DNA of 64,000 bases from Gracilinanus agilis (Eukaryota): NCBI RefSeq assembly GCF_016433145.1, contig NC_058135.1, positions 76,240,637-76,304,636 of the forward strand. Direction: 5' to 3'. This document shows, piece by piece, positions 51,216 through 64,000 of this stretch. A program made the translations under genes and the position numbers. Positions within the stretch are counted from its first letter, which is position 1. Each line of letters begins with the position of its first letter. The notes below the pieces were generated by a model that had not been told where the DNA came from, searched no databases, and saw only the letters and a program-made list of their open reading frames with translations.

Positions 51216-52522
51216 ACATATCTGCAAGCCCTTATCACTTCTTGCCAGGACAATTGTTAGAAGTATACACACATATATAGATGCCCTTTTCTTAGCCTAC
51301 AGATCATCCCTTAACATCCAAAATAATTTCTTCCCTTAAATTCCATTATTGTCCTCTTTTGTATTTCCTTCTCTAAAACCTCTTTCCACATTTTCTTTTT
51401 TACCTACTTTATTCCTTTTACCTACTTTATTCTTTTTCAGAAAAATTCCATTGATTGTCCCTTTCTCCTCCTTTCTTCACTCTACTAACTCTCATAGATT
51501 TCTTGGTGTTTTGTAGATGCCAGTGGAATGTTTGCCTTTCACTCTTTTATGACCAGCCAGCCTCCTTTCAAAGGCAATTTGTTTATCCTTTAATCTGTTT
51601 TTCCTGTGTAGTTCTTCAGCAATAATTTTCAGCACACTATCCACCACATATTTCTCTACTGCCTTACTTGTGACCTTCAACTTTAATTCCTTGGAGACTA
51701 TCCTATGATTTTAACACAAGTATTTAAAAGGTAGACCTTAGTTTTGAGGAGAAGCTTTAAGTTTTTAAACCAAGTGGCAGTAAGGTGAAGTCTGTGGACC
51801 TGTCCATAACATCTTTTAAACAACTTATTTATTTGTTTATTTGTCACAATAAAATTCCCAGGTATTTCCCTCCTTCCCCATCTCACACTAGAGAATAAAT
51901 CATTTGACAAAAAAAATGTATTATAAAACTGTATTTCTTGTTTCTTTTTATCAGTTCTTTCTCTGGAGATGGACATACATAAACAGAACAATATCTTTAA
52001 ATGCCTAAGATGCATAGATTTACAAAGGATATCAATTATTTTGAAATAAAGTTATCAAAATACATGTTATTTTCTAAAAGCAATTTCACTGACCTCAGGG
52101 TAAGAACCCGTGCATTAAAAGAACTGTAATTTCCCAAAGGCAATAATACATTCTGTTTTCTTCCTCCTTTTCCCTTCTGGGTTCAGTTAATCATCCATCT
52201 AGAGTGTTTGTTCAAGATACAGGTAATGATAGATAGGCAGTACTAGCTGTTTGTACAATTGCACATAATAGCATTAACCACTTCTAAATGTCCCCAATTT
52301 TGTCATTTAATATGGAATACAGATGCCTGTTGATCTATACAACTTAATTTGCACACAGTCATACTTACTTCACTCTTCCATTTACGTTATTGCCTTTTTG
52401 GTAGGCATCTTGTAATCATGCATATATTATAGATGTGATATTTTAAGGAATGTTTCTAAAAGAAAATTTCCCCTAAGTCTCTCACCAAAATAAAAATCAA
52501 AATTAAATTACTTAATCTTTTT

Positions 52523-52700
52523 TTTAAACCCTTACCTTCCATTTTGGAGTCAATACTGTGTATTGGCTCCAAGGCAGAAGAGTGGTAAGGGTAGGCAACG
52601 GGGGTCAAGTGACTTGCCCAGGGTCACACAGCTGGGAAGTGTCTGAGGCCAGATTTGAACCTAGGACCTCCCATCTCTAGGCCTGGCTCTCAATCCACTC
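52523..52700 (-). mobile_element. Young SINE1_Mdo-type SINE, 5'-truncated by ~18 nt
   Basis: Exact 14-bp TSD tacttaatcttttt (52509-52522, 52701-52714); stops at ..caatccactc and lacks gagctacccagctgcccc. Confidence 0.93.
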
Positions 52701-53852
52701 TACTTAATCTTTTTATTGTAGAAGAGAGCGCAGGGAAAATGTCCAAAAATATTCAGGAATTTTCACAAGAAATATTTTGGGAAATATTAACACCTGCTTT
52801 AATAGCCCTTTCCACAGGAACTATAGTTACTGTTCATATATCTTTAATAGGGAACAGAATCTTTGGGAAGTCTAGTTTAATTGCTATCTGTGAGCAATGT
52901 CTGAAAAGGCTGCAAATATAATTGTTATTCTGGAGAGAACATAAACTTGTATGACTGGAGAAAGATTAAATAGAAAGAAAAAGGAGTTAGAACTTTTGTT
53001 TCTAAAACTGAATTTAACTCTTACCCTGTTGAAAAGATGTCACAAGGAATTCTTGAGAGACACAGACTGCTACCCCGAGAGAGCTAAATGAATGGTAGGA
53101 CTGAAAAGTCAGAAGTCGCAATTAATGATTAGAGGTGATTCTGACTGTGGCCTTTCTCCCTTTACTGCAATTTTGAAATGATTAAATATCTTTGTATCAA
53201 TTGGTACACTGTTACTAAATTATATCTCCTGTAATGATGATTATTTAAACCTGTATGACTAAGTGGTTTGCTATAAAGAAATGAGTGAAAGCTTATAGGG
53301 GGAAAAGGTTTCTTGAATTTGTTAATAAATAGGAACAGGGCTCAAAGATAATTGATTATTATTGATTATGATTATTGATTATGGTATTGTTGAATGTTTC
53401 TATTTATGAAGAAATATAAACTCATAACCTTCATTGACTTAGAACCCAAGATGAAAATTTTTTAGGTAATGAGTCAAGTGGCAGGATGGGAAGAGGAACT
53501 TGTTATGGTTATCAACTTATGAAATGTACCACACAATCCACCCAACCTTATCTGGAACCTGTATCGAAATATTATAGAAAGAAAAAAATACTGAAAATAG
53601 TCTCCCACATGGTCAACCATGTTTGTCATTTTTTCTTCATTTTTTAATGTCCACCATTACTACTCCAGGCTTCATTATAGCCACAGCCACTTCTCTCTCA
53701 TCTCTTTAGCCTACTGATTTATTGGGTTAAGATGAATAAATTATTCTTATTTATTCATCAGGTTTAATTAGGCATCTCTTGATGAACCTGCTTTTTGTTT
53801 CTGTATCATTTAATTAACAATTTATTAAGATTGTTCCGTTTTTAGCTATGGG

Positions 53853-54103
53853 GTTGTTGTTAGTTTCAGTCCTGTCTCATTCGTCATGACCCCATTTGGG
53901 ATTTTCTTGGCAAAGATGCTCAAGTGGTTTGACATTCCCTTCTCTGGATCATCTACAGATGAGGAAACTGAGGCAAACAGATTTAAGTGATTTGCCCAGA
54001 ATCCCACAGCCAGCAAGTATCTGAAACAAGATTTTAACTCAGGGAGAGGAATCTTCCTGACTCCAAGCCTGGCACTCTTATCCACTGCATTGCCTAGCTG
54101 CCC
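53853..54103 (-). mobile_element. Full-length MAR1-type SINE
   Basis: gttgttgtt tail, ttcgtcatgaccccatttgggattttcttggcaaagat...gatgaggaaactgaggcaaacag...cctagctgccc. Confidence 0.9.
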
Positions 54104-54299
54104 AGACAAGGCAAATACAAAGACAGAAAGCAAAGACAAGCCACTTACTCATAATCCCTTCTATCAAGAAAATTACATTCTATCAGTAAAGACATTATGT
54201 GCTAATATGTACAAAATAAATGCATGGGGTTTGATAGAGTAGAACTGAAGGAAACCTAGTTGCTACAGAAATCAAAAAGTTTCAGGAAGAAAAGAAATA

Positions 54300-55030
54300 A
54301 GGACCTACTATGAGCCAGTTGCGGTGTGCTAAGTGCTTCATAAATCTCATTTAATTCTGACAACAACCCTGGGAAGTTGGTGCCATTGTTATCCTTATTT
54401 TACTGGCGAGAAAACTGAGGTTAAATGACTTGTCCAGGACGACACAGATAATAAATAACTGAGGCCCCATTTGAATTTGAGTCTATGTGACTCCAGGCTC
54501 AGAGTTTGAGCTGAATTTTAAGGAAAAATATATCTGAATTTAATAGAGCTCAGTTTAAAAATTTTTTATCATTTAGATTTTTAGCTAATTATGTCATGAA
54601 ATTGTAAAAGTATCTAGTTAATTTAGATCTCCCCTAATTAATGTGAATGAATTAATAATATAACAATTTAAAACAGTACAGTATAGTGGAATGAGCCCTG
54701 TGCTTGCACTTGGGACAATTGGGGCTCGTAGCTAGTCTGACATTTACTAGCTAGGTGACCGTGGTCAGTTCACAGGCTCTCTCAGCAGCAGTATTCTCAT
54801 TTATAAAATGATGTAGGTAAAAATAGAATAGACCTAGCTTACATGGTTCTGATCTGAATAATGGGATAATATATAGAAAGCACACTGTAAAAATTAAAAT
54901 ATTATTTAAATAGCATTTATTAGATGTGGGTTAATTCCTCTCAGGTGGTTGTGGGGAGTAAATGAAAAAATACTTATAAAGAGCACTTAGTACAGTGCCT
55001 GGTACGTAGTAGGCATTAGAGAAATGCTTG
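54300..55030. mobile_element. MIR (-, 54300-54505) and MIR (+, 54670-55030)
   Basis: gagaaaactgaggttaaatgacttgtcc; ttctcatttataaaatg...agcacttagtacagtgcctggtacgtagtaggc. Confidence 0.7.
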
Positions 55031-55721
55031 CAGTTGTCCTCTCTGACATAATTAGCACCGTAGGATTCCAGTTATTATTTAATTCTATCATTAGACTATT
55101 AGCCCCTTGAGGAGAGTCACGTCTATAGAATGCAGCCCAGGCTATATCTGAACTCCTGGGTCATCATAGACTCATCCTTCAGGTACTGATGAACAGACTC
55201 CCTATTCTGGGCCTTGTTTATCCAAGCACAATGACAGTATGTAAAATTCATTCAGTTCACAAGGAAGGGTGGTCCAGGCACAATTGCCAACCTCCTCTCC
55301 TCTCCTTCTTTTACCTGGCTCATTACGCTGAGAAGCCACATAAGGGAATGCTCCCTCCTAGAGCCAGAGAGCTAGAACCAATTCCTCTCTTCAGTGAAGT
55401 CTCTAAGGCTTCTCTTCTATGGCAATAAACCAGTATTTCCTAGCAGCAGTGGGAGGGGTTGCAAACAACCCTTGATTTTCCAAACGCAATAACCTTTTCT
55501 TTTCCTTAAGTGTTTTCTTTTTGGGATCTGAGCCTCTCTGCATCTAGATAGATACTGCGAAGAAAAGCCTAGTTAGTTCCTTTTTAAAATTAATTTATAT
55601 TCTGAACTTAAACACCTATAAGAAATATTTAAGAAGATTTAAACAAATAGATAATTATAAGGTAAATGAGAGTTGTGTATGTGTGGGGACAGATAGTGAG
55701 AGCAAGAGAAAAAGAGAAAAG

Positions 55722-55723
<2 letters not shown>

Positions 55724-55775
<52 letters not shown>
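55724..55775. repeat. (GA)n microsatellite, ~26 units
   Basis: Direct reading. Confidence 0.97.
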
Positions 55776-55780
<5 letters not shown>

Positions 55781-55996
55781 TGTTGCACTTGGGATAATGA
55801 AATGCTTACATGAGCCATGATGTTAGTCAAATCTGATGAGTGGCATCCTTGATCCACCTATTCTTTGACCTCATGAAATGATTTTTAGATTGTAGACCTG
55901 GTTTTGAATTGCTCTCCCCATAAGCAGACACCTAGATGAATCTATTAGGCTCTGTGCCCATACACAAACCTAGCTTTCATCAGATTCTGAAGTTCT

Positions 55997-56456
55997 AGAG
56001 GGAAAGAAAATGAAATATGTAACTTTGGGAAAATATTCAAAAGAAAAATTAAAAAAGAAAAAAGAAAAAAAGAAATTTGTGGGGAATGGGGAGTGAAATA
56101 GTAGTGAAAAAAATGTGACCAGGACTAACAATTAGTGGTTCAAAGAATATTAAAACATTCATTGTTCTATATATTTCCAACAAAGCTAAGCAGCAAGAAT
56201 TAAAAGGAGTAACTCCATTTAAAATCACTCTAAACAATATAAAATACTTGGGAATCTATTTGCCAAATTAAACACAGAAATTATATGAATATCACAAAAC
56301 ACTTTTCACACAAATAAAGTTAGATCTAAGCAATTGGAGAAACATTAATTGCTCATGGGTAGGCTGAGCTAATATAATATAAATGACAAACCTACCTAAA
56401 TTAATTTACTTATTCAGTGCCATACCAATTAAGTTACACCCCCCCCCCCAAAAAAA
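55997..56456 (+). mobile_element. Composite L1 insert: L1 3' end + A-tail + extra sequence + L1 ORF2 fragment + A-tail
   Basis: Exact 15-bp direct repeat agattctgaagttct at 55982-55996 and 56457-56471. 56164-56436 translates as VLYISNKAKQQELKGVTPFKITLNNIKYLGIYLPN*TQKLYEYHKTLFTQIKLDLSNWRNINCSWVG*ANII*MTNLPKLIYLFSAIPIKL (L1 ORF2 just downstream of the RT core, 3 stops). Confidence 0.85.
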
Positions 56457-57399
56457 AGATTCTGAAGTTCTGCCTGAACTCCTCCTAGTCAGAATGATCT
56501 CTCCTGTAGTTCCTGGGACATAGGTTTAGATCTGAAAGGGGCTTGTGAGACCATCTTGTCCTCTCCCCACTCCTCATTTTATAGATGGTAAAAACCAAAG
56601 CATAGATTATAAAGAAGAGCGGTAGAATTTGAAAACAGGTTTTCTGACTCCAAAACCAGTGTTCTTCCCATGCTACCTCTCTGGTTCTGAGAAGTACTTT
56701 CTTCCAGTGCATAATAAGCCTGTAAAAACCCAGAAAATATCCCAGAGTATTCCTGAATATCAAGACCTAAACATACTGTTTAAGTTGAATATAACCAGGT
56801 ATCAGTTGGCAGCCCTACTTTTATCATTTTAAAACTGGATGCTGCTTATAACTATGATACATGAGTGGCTATTATATATGAAAGTATAAATAGAAACTTA
56901 CAGCCTTGGAAGGAAAAATCCCCTTTGCTATTTGGAGTAGGTAACGGGTTCTAATTTCAGTTGCAAACCTGCCCTGAGTCACTCTAAGCCTTTTGAAGCC
57001 CTTATCATCCCTAATTGCTCCCTTTATAGCTTTAGAGATGGGGAAGTAGACACACACCCTCAAGGATGAGTCTACAGACTAAAGTGAGGTAATTTCTCAT
57101 GAGCAGCTGGCAACCTGGCAACCTCTGGACCTGTGATTCCTCCAAATCCCACCATTCCCTTTGAGATATACAACAAAGAGAGTCATGCAGAGGAGCTCAA
57201 TTCTCAGCTGATTAAAAATTAAAAAATGAAGCATGGCTCCCCTGAACCAGAAGCCAAGATGGTAGCTCATAAGGCAAAGCATAGACTAGGAATACTCTGC
57301 ATAAATGAAGCAATAAAGAAAGGGGCATTTTGCAAGAAACCTTTGAAGACTTGTATGAAATGTTGAAGAGTGAAGTGGATAGAATCTATCAGTTGGGTG

Positions 57400-57900
57400 A
57401 CAATCATTTATTAAATACTTACTATATTACCAGGTACTGTGCTAAGCCCCTGGAGGTGCAAAGAAAAGCAAAATACAGTCCTTTCCCTCAAGGAGCTATA
57501 TTTATATAGTATTTAATTTTGTTATTTACTAATATACAATAAGTATCTTAAAATCTTATAGCTATATGTTTAATAAATGCATGTTTATTTTATAATAATT
57601 TTCAATAATAATAATGATCTAAATCTAATGATCTAAAAACAGACAACTTTGAAACACTCAGGGCTTTGATCTCTTGAGTACAATGACCAATCATGATTTT
57701 AGAGAACTGAGGCAGAATGGCACTTGCTACTGGACTGAGAGATGATAGATTGAATATGTGGAACAAAGCATATATTTTTGTATCTGACTAATGTAGGAAC
57801 TTGACTATGTATATTTATTACCTTGATTTTGTTTTTTATTTTTATGTTCAATAGGAGTTGTAGCTGTAAGAGAGAAAATAAATGCTTGTTAATTGGAAAA
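57400..57900. mobile_element. L2 tail (-, 57400-57505) and old L1 3' fragment (+, 57625-57900)
   Basis: caatcatttattaaatacttac...gtgctaagcc; acaatgaccaatcatgattttagagaactga. Confidence 0.6.
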
Positions 57901-59149
57901 AAATTTAAGAAAGGGAGCTTGGCTAAAGGATGCTTCAGAGGTAGTGTTCCATGTTAAAATATATTCAAGGATATACTCATGTAATCTTTTCTCCCCAACA
58001 AGGCAAGATTCCATAGAACATGCTAGAAAGGGGACAGGTATGTAAAATGAGTACCGAAGCTTTATCACTAAGCATCTCCATTTGTAGATTGAATGATCAT
58101 TGGACGAGAATGTTGCCCTCATTCATACTGAAAGTGGGACTTAGACTAAATGACCCTCAAATTCCCTTCAGGGACTGTGAATCTATGATTTAAGTTGAGT
58201 TAAAGTATTGTGTCTGCAAATTCTGAGAAAGATTCTGATGCTCGTTCACTATGAAAAAGATAAGCAAGTCTGGGAAACAGATAGGGAACATATATGCCAA
58301 TAAGTGAAGTGAGTTTCGAAAAAAGAAGATGGACTTCACAGATATGATTAAATGTGCCGGTCAATATAAACTGAGGTTGAAGATGTCCCTGATGAAGGAT
58401 CTGGTTCTTTGTAGTTTTCTCTCTACTTCTTTTGCCAGTAAAGCCAGAGGACCACAACAGCATTCAGAGATCTTTGTGGCTTGGTTACTAAGGAGAACAT
58501 CTGCCTACATCTCTGACCTTTGTTACCCAGCCTGAGAGCCTGATCTTCCAGTCTCTGGCCCTTTCTGACTTGCCTATATATGCAATACCTACCTATTCTT
58601 CCCTGACTTTGTAGGCTTTTCTAAGGTGACTTCTCACTTCACTGACTGACAGTATTTCATAGGTCCCCACCATGCAAACTTCCCTCCTATGCAATTAAAC
58701 TCATATTCATTCCTCTTCTTCATTTTCCCTGTCTTCTCTATTGCCAAGAAGGGCAAAATTAAATCTGCATTATTTGACTGTTAAGATTTTAGTATCGATG
58801 ACTTCAGAGATAGGCAAAAAAAAGTTTTCTAAGTTATATGGTTTTCTATCAAAACTTTTATGATTTTTTTCCTTTTAATTTGGCTTATTTGGTTTATTTT
58901 TATTGTATTACTTTAAATTCCTGAGTAGTAGTTACAGAAGTAATTTTCCTGCTGGGCTTTTGATTAGAGACTTTAATTTTCACTTAATTTTATAAGTACA
59001 GATTTCTTAAGTTAAAACTTAGTTTTTGTCTTATTATCCTAATTTTTTTTCAGTTCTCCCACATCTCTACTCTGTATTTCTTTAAAACCCTAAATTCCTC
59101 AAGGAAAATAATTACTCATTGTAGAGAACATCTCATAATAAATATTGAA

Positions 59150-59960
59150 TATTATTTTAAATTTTTCATGCTATCTCCTGACTCAATGAATTTCAGAATC
59201 AAATATAAAATCTTCTGTTTGACATTAAGAGCCCATTGTAATCTGTCCCTCTGTCCTCAATCCCCAACCTTTAGTTTTCTTACACCTTCTATCTATCATG
59301 TACTTTGTGATCCAGTGACACTGCCCTCATTGCTATTGCTTGCAAAAGTCATTCCATCTTTAGATAGTAGGCATCTTTGTTGGCTTTCCCCTATGGCAGG
59401 ATGCTCTCCCTTCTCATCACAGGCTCCTGGCTCTCTTACCTTTTTCAAATCCCAACCTTCTACAGGAAATCTTTCCTGTTAACCTCTTAATTCTGGTATT
59501 TTCCTTCTGTTAGTTACTTCCATTTTAGCTTATAAATATTTTCTTGTTCCTATTCCTTTGCTTGTTGTCTCTTCATTTAGACTGAGCTCATACATAGCAG
59601 AAACCTGTCTTTTGGCTTTCTTAGCATCCTCAGTGCTTAGCACAATGTCTAGCATGTAGAAGGTTATTGATAAGTATCTGTTGCCTACTAATTTACTACT
59701 TTTAGAGGCAATGTGATGGAGCCCTGGATAATGTGCAGATTTGAAGACAGAAAGATCTGAATTCATATCTCTCTCACACACTTATTGGCTATGGAGCCCT
59801 GGATAAGTCACTTAACCTTGGTTTCATATCTATAAAACAGCAATAATAGTAACACCTACCTCCCAATGTTGTTGTGAGGATCACCTTAAATGAAAGATCT
59901 TATTTGGTATAGGTGCTCAAAAAAGCTTTTAAAGTATTATGCAAATTTTAGCTATTATTT
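59150..59960 (+). mobile_element. L2 3' fragment (59150-59700) followed by MIR (59700-59960)
   Basis: gaatcaaatataaaatcttctgtttgacatt...cagtgcttagcacaatgtctagc; ggataagtcacttaacc...gttgttgtgaggatc. Confidence 0.75.
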
Positions 59961-60959
59961 TCATTCTTACAGATATTACTTGAGACAAATGTTGTCACCT
60001 TTGTTCACTTCCATTGCCAGAATTCTAGGCAAACAATTTATTAACATTTTAGTTTTAAATCTTAAGGATCCATGATGCATTATGACTCCTCCGTGGTATA
60101 AGAGATAATCTTCATGATTTGGTATGGACAAAAAAAAATTCATTATACAGTAGCCACCTTTCTGATTCTCAGTTTCTTTGAAATGAGATAGGCTGATCAT
60201 TTTTGCAATAACATACAGGTCATCTGCCAAAAGAGTGCCATATACCATGCCATATCCAGCTTGCCCTTTCACAATTCTGTGCTTCAGTCGTGCCTTTGGG
60301 GATCTTGGTTTCTCTATGTCACAATCAGTTACAAGAATAAGACTCTGGTGGAGGAATTTATTAATAAGTCCTAAAAATATAACACATAGAAGTTAATAGA
60401 ATGACATTCAAATACCTTTCATCAAAGGGTTCTCAATCATCAAGTTATAGCCTTAAGGCTTGAAAGAATTAGTTGTCTGAGTCCAACAAGTACAAAGAAA
60501 AATAAAACCTAGAAAATTAGAATAAACTCTTAAAAGACATTATATTATTCTTTATATTACAAAAACCATATATTGCCTAATATCTTCACATATTATAATG
60601 TTGGATTATGGTAGTGTAGATATTATAAGCATACTATGTTTTTGAAAAGATTGAAATTCATTTTATTTGCTTATTTTTATATAGCCTATGAAATTGCTTT
60701 ATCTCTAATTGAATTTACTAGTAGCATTCTGCTTTCAACTATTCCCTGGTTCTTCAAATATCTCCCCATGTCACTAGATTCCTGAGTAAAACTAAAAGAA
60801 GTTTAAGACTCAGAGTCTATTGTTTTTCTTTACTCTGTTATCTGGTTCTCATCAGCACCGAGATCCTAAATTCATAGATCTAAAGGAAGAAGGAAAGTTA
60901 GTAGAAATTATCTAGTCCAACTCCCTAATCTTGTAAATGGAGAAAGTGACTTAATCTTA

Positions 60960-61260
60960 ATAGCTAATATATAAATAAAACCTCAAGGTTTGCAAAGCAC
61001 TTAAATATTATTTTATCCAGACAGCAATCATAGGAAGTAGATGCTATTATTATCCCCATTTTACAAATAACGAAACTGAGGCAGACAATTTATTAAATTT
61101 CTTCCGGTGATCAATGTCTGAGGCAGACATTGAACTCAAGTCTTCTTGACTCCAGGTCCAGAACTCTATTGAATATGCCATCTAGAGTGCCCAACGCTTC
61201 ACAGACGGGAGAGTTGGGAATTTGAATCTAAGTCCTCTTACTCTAATTCCAGTCCTTTTT
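60960..61260 (-). mobile_element. MIR fragments
   Basis: tatccccattttacaaataacgaaactgaggc...ttgaactcaagtcttcttgactcc. Confidence 0.75.
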
Positions 61261-62287
61261 TCCCCCCTGTAACATCCTATGTCCCAGTCAATGATAATTA
61301 TCATGCTGTATGAGGATAAAAATTGGAGATTTCTGTTACATAACTATTCTATACTTTCCAGGCAATTGACCTGATATCAACCTGTGGCAGTTTACCCCAT
61401 TCTTTCTAAACTTCAGTGTTAATCACACTATTAGGCAACAATAATAGATTTTAAAATGATCTGCTTCAAAATTAGTTCCAGATATATGTTCACAGATTAA
61501 ACTTGATTTTTGAAACCCCCATTCAGTTAACTATTGTGCCAGTATTCCTATTAGTCTTCTTCTCACCACCTTCATTTTGCCGGCACAAGAACCAGTAACA
61601 ACATTAACGCTAAAAATTAAATATAGACCATGGGAATTCCATTCGCTAAGCTTTGTGTGTGTATTTGAAACCCTAACTGTGGCAAGAGATGGCCTTGGCG
61701 GTAAACACTTTTTGGTGGTAAACAGATGTTGGTTTTCAAGTAGACCAATTAAAGCAGATTCCATACCAGTGAAAAATGGACTCAGGAACCTTAGCAGAAA
61801 GTTCTCTATACTGTTTCTCCTACAAATTACATTAAAATTTTTATAAAAATCCAACTCTTATTTCCAATGTACAAAATGATCTATGCATGCCTAATTAAAT
61901 CATTTAAGATAGTTTAAGACTGATTAATAAATTAGTGCCATCAGGTCACTGTTAATCAAGGAAGGAGAGAGCTGCGAGTGGCTAGGGGATGTGTATGCAT
62001 ACAGATTTGCTTCTGAAATCTTGTACTGAGAACATAAAATATGGGCTGTCTAACATTATATATCTGCCTTGAAAAGCTTAAAAGAAGACACTGTGGCAGA
62101 ATGGAGAGCAAACAAAGAAACAGACTGATTCTGAAGATTCTTCAGTAATTTTGTGAGGTCTCTCAGTCAGACTTCCACGGGCAATGCTCTTAACTAGACT
62201 GTCCCTGTTTATCAAGCAGCACCAAAAATACTCTGAAGAAATACCTTCTAAACCACAAAATCACAAATCAAATGCTCTGTAATAATA

Positions 62288-62500
62288 ATGACCAAGGGTG
62301 GCTACGAAGAAGAGAGTGAAAAATGGAATTTTCTTTGTTTTCTTCAGAGGTGGGGGACTATGGATGTGAAATATCAGATGCTGCCAGGTTCAGTTGATTA
62401 CTTGGATAATTTTGCTGAATTTCCTTTTTTCTCTCTTTCTCTTTTACTCTGTGTAAAAAAATGCTAAATGATTAGTTTGGTAGATATTTTCAAAAATTAA
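62288..62500 (+). mobile_element. Old marsupial L1 3'UTR fragment
   Basis: aatgaccaagggtggc...gaagaagag...gaggtgggggactatggatgtgaaa...ttttgctgaatt. Confidence 0.55.
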
Positions 62501-62560
62501 TTTAAAGAGAATTACTCATCAGTACATATGGAATAAATACCACCTTCTTTTTCATTTAAT

Positions 62561-62900
62561 TACAGAAAAATTGAGGATATTATTTTTAGCTGTTTTTTCC
62601 AATTATCAGAATTCTGTGGAGAGGTGGAAACTACTACATGGAGTGTCTCTACTCCAGAGGCAGTGGGAGTAGATGCTTTTGTTTACAACAATGCAAGTGA
62701 CAGTCCTTATAATGGCTCAGGATTGCCCACCATTAATTCCCAAAGGAAGTTTTAAGTGTCGTTTGATTAGAGTTTCTCATTTAGCTACAGAAAAATTGGG
62801 GATATTATTTTTAGCTGTTTTTTCCACTTCTCAGAATTCTGTGGAGAGATGGAAACTACTACATGGATTATCTCTACTCTAGCTGCAGTGGGAGTAGATG
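62561..62900 (+). repeat. 115-bp direct duplication (62561-62675 / 62786-62900) around a 110-bp spacer
   Basis: Hand alignment: 9 mismatches in 115 bp, no indels, offset 225. Confidence 0.92.
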
Positions 62901-63349
62901 TCAATTGATTAAAGTTTGAAAGCTTGGCTTTTAGGAAGAAAGTTTTTAATTTATTTCCAAATAGCAGTAGGAGGGGAAAACTATTCTTGATCCTTGGTGC
63001 CTTGCGAAGCAAATCTATGTTATTCTTAGCTTTTTTCTCCTTTTTTATTTATTAATGATATTTCTTTTATCAGGCTAGTTTAAAAAATCACATATTTGGA
63101 ATGGTGAGTTCCTAAGGGAACCAAGTGTATGTGGTAACTAGGATATGGTAGCTTTTGAGTGCAAATACTGAAGAAAAGCAAAGTACACAGAAGTAGTGAG
63201 TCACTAGATAACTATTGCCCATAGAATAGAATTAAAGGGAAATTTTATTTTCCCCTTTTCTTCCTTTGTTCCCTAAAAGTACAATATTTTGAGGTAACTA
63301 ACCTCCTTAATTATAGTAAAAAGATTCTTTTGGACTTTGATTTTCTTTC

Positions 63350-64000
63350 TACACTCTCTTCCTTGATCTTATCTCCTCTAATAGACTTGAACATCTATGA
63401 ATGGTTTCCAAATCTATGTAGCTAGTCTAGTTTCTCTACTGAATTCAAATTTTACATTGTTTACTGCCTCCTGGAATAGCCTCTTGAATATCCTGTAGTC
63501 ATCTTAAATTCCATGTGTCCTAGGTGGAATTGATTATATTCTTCTGAAACCTGCCCCTCCTCCAAATTTTCCCTGTTTCTTTTGAGGGCACCAGCATTGG
63601 TACAATCCATCTTCTGTGGCTCTTCTTCTTTCTTTGCATCCATATCTAATCACATACCAAGTATGTTCCATTCTAGATCTCCTCAAGATCTATTTCTTTT
63701 GCCTCTATTAACATGACTGTCACCCTACTTCAGCTCCACATATCCTTGCCACTCCCTTGATGAAAAACTCCATAGCCTTTGGATAACAAGTTCCAACCCT
63801 GGCTTTAAAGATATCCAAAATATGGTGCCCATCTATCTTTCCACTTTTACTTAATACTGCTTTCCTGCAACATTTCAGTTCAATCCAATAATTTAATCCA
63901 ATAATTATTCGTTCAGAACCTACCTTGTGCCAGCCACTGTGCTAAACACTGGGAATACAATTAATAAAAAGAAATATAATCCCTGCCTTCAAGGAATTTA
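63350..64000. mobile_element. L2 fragment (+, 63350-63880) and L2 tail (-, 63895-64000)
   Basis: catcttaaattccatgtgtcc...catatctaatcacataccaag; ctaccttgtgccagccactgtgctaaacactgggaatac...ccctgccttcaagga. Confidence 0.7.

Noticed and set aside
51398-51433. Short tandem duplications (18 bp here; 11 bp at 37617-37639; 12 bp near 63887)
   Set aside because: Ordinary slippage events with no sign of function.
62561-62900. Repeat-spacer-repeat as a CRISPR-like array or H/ACA snoRNA
   Set aside because: There are only two 115-bp units in a mammalian intron with no cas genes, and no convincing two-hairpin H-box/ACA layout.

Overview
Low-GC, CpG-poor mammalian genomic DNA, almost certainly from a didelphid marsupial (opossum-like). 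The call rests on several near-intact SINE1_Mdo-type SINEs, MAR1 CORE-SINEs with RTE-type tails and marsupial-type L1 ends. Only one host coding exon is supportable: a 60-nt phase-1/phase-1 exon at 34703-34762 (+) encoding (D)[19 protein letters not shown](V), the alphaC region of a CaMKII kinase domain. It is most likely CAMK2D exon 3, given the very long AT-rich flanking introns, and HPNI argues against CAMK2B. The rest is intronic: MIR/L2/L1 fossils, a ~1.1-kb solo LTR, a ~2.5-kb non-coding one-LTR ERV-like element, hAT and Tc1/mariner remnants, microsatellites and two N gaps. I found no convincing novel gene system, and the other ORFs in the track look spurious. The items most worth follow-up are: (i) the ERV-like element with three polypurine tracts, a fold-back in place of a 5' LTR and a CpG-retaining promoter-like LTR; (ii) a hAT MITE nested inside a MAR1 SINE; (iii) a TSD-bounded composite L1 insert that looks like a 3' transduction; (iv) three diverged local paralogous segments, one apparently pasted into an L1; (v) a 115-bp direct duplication carrying a MEF2-consensus site in both copies. 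Repeat family names come from recalled consensus sequences, not a database search. Boundaries of old repeats are approximate (tens of bp).
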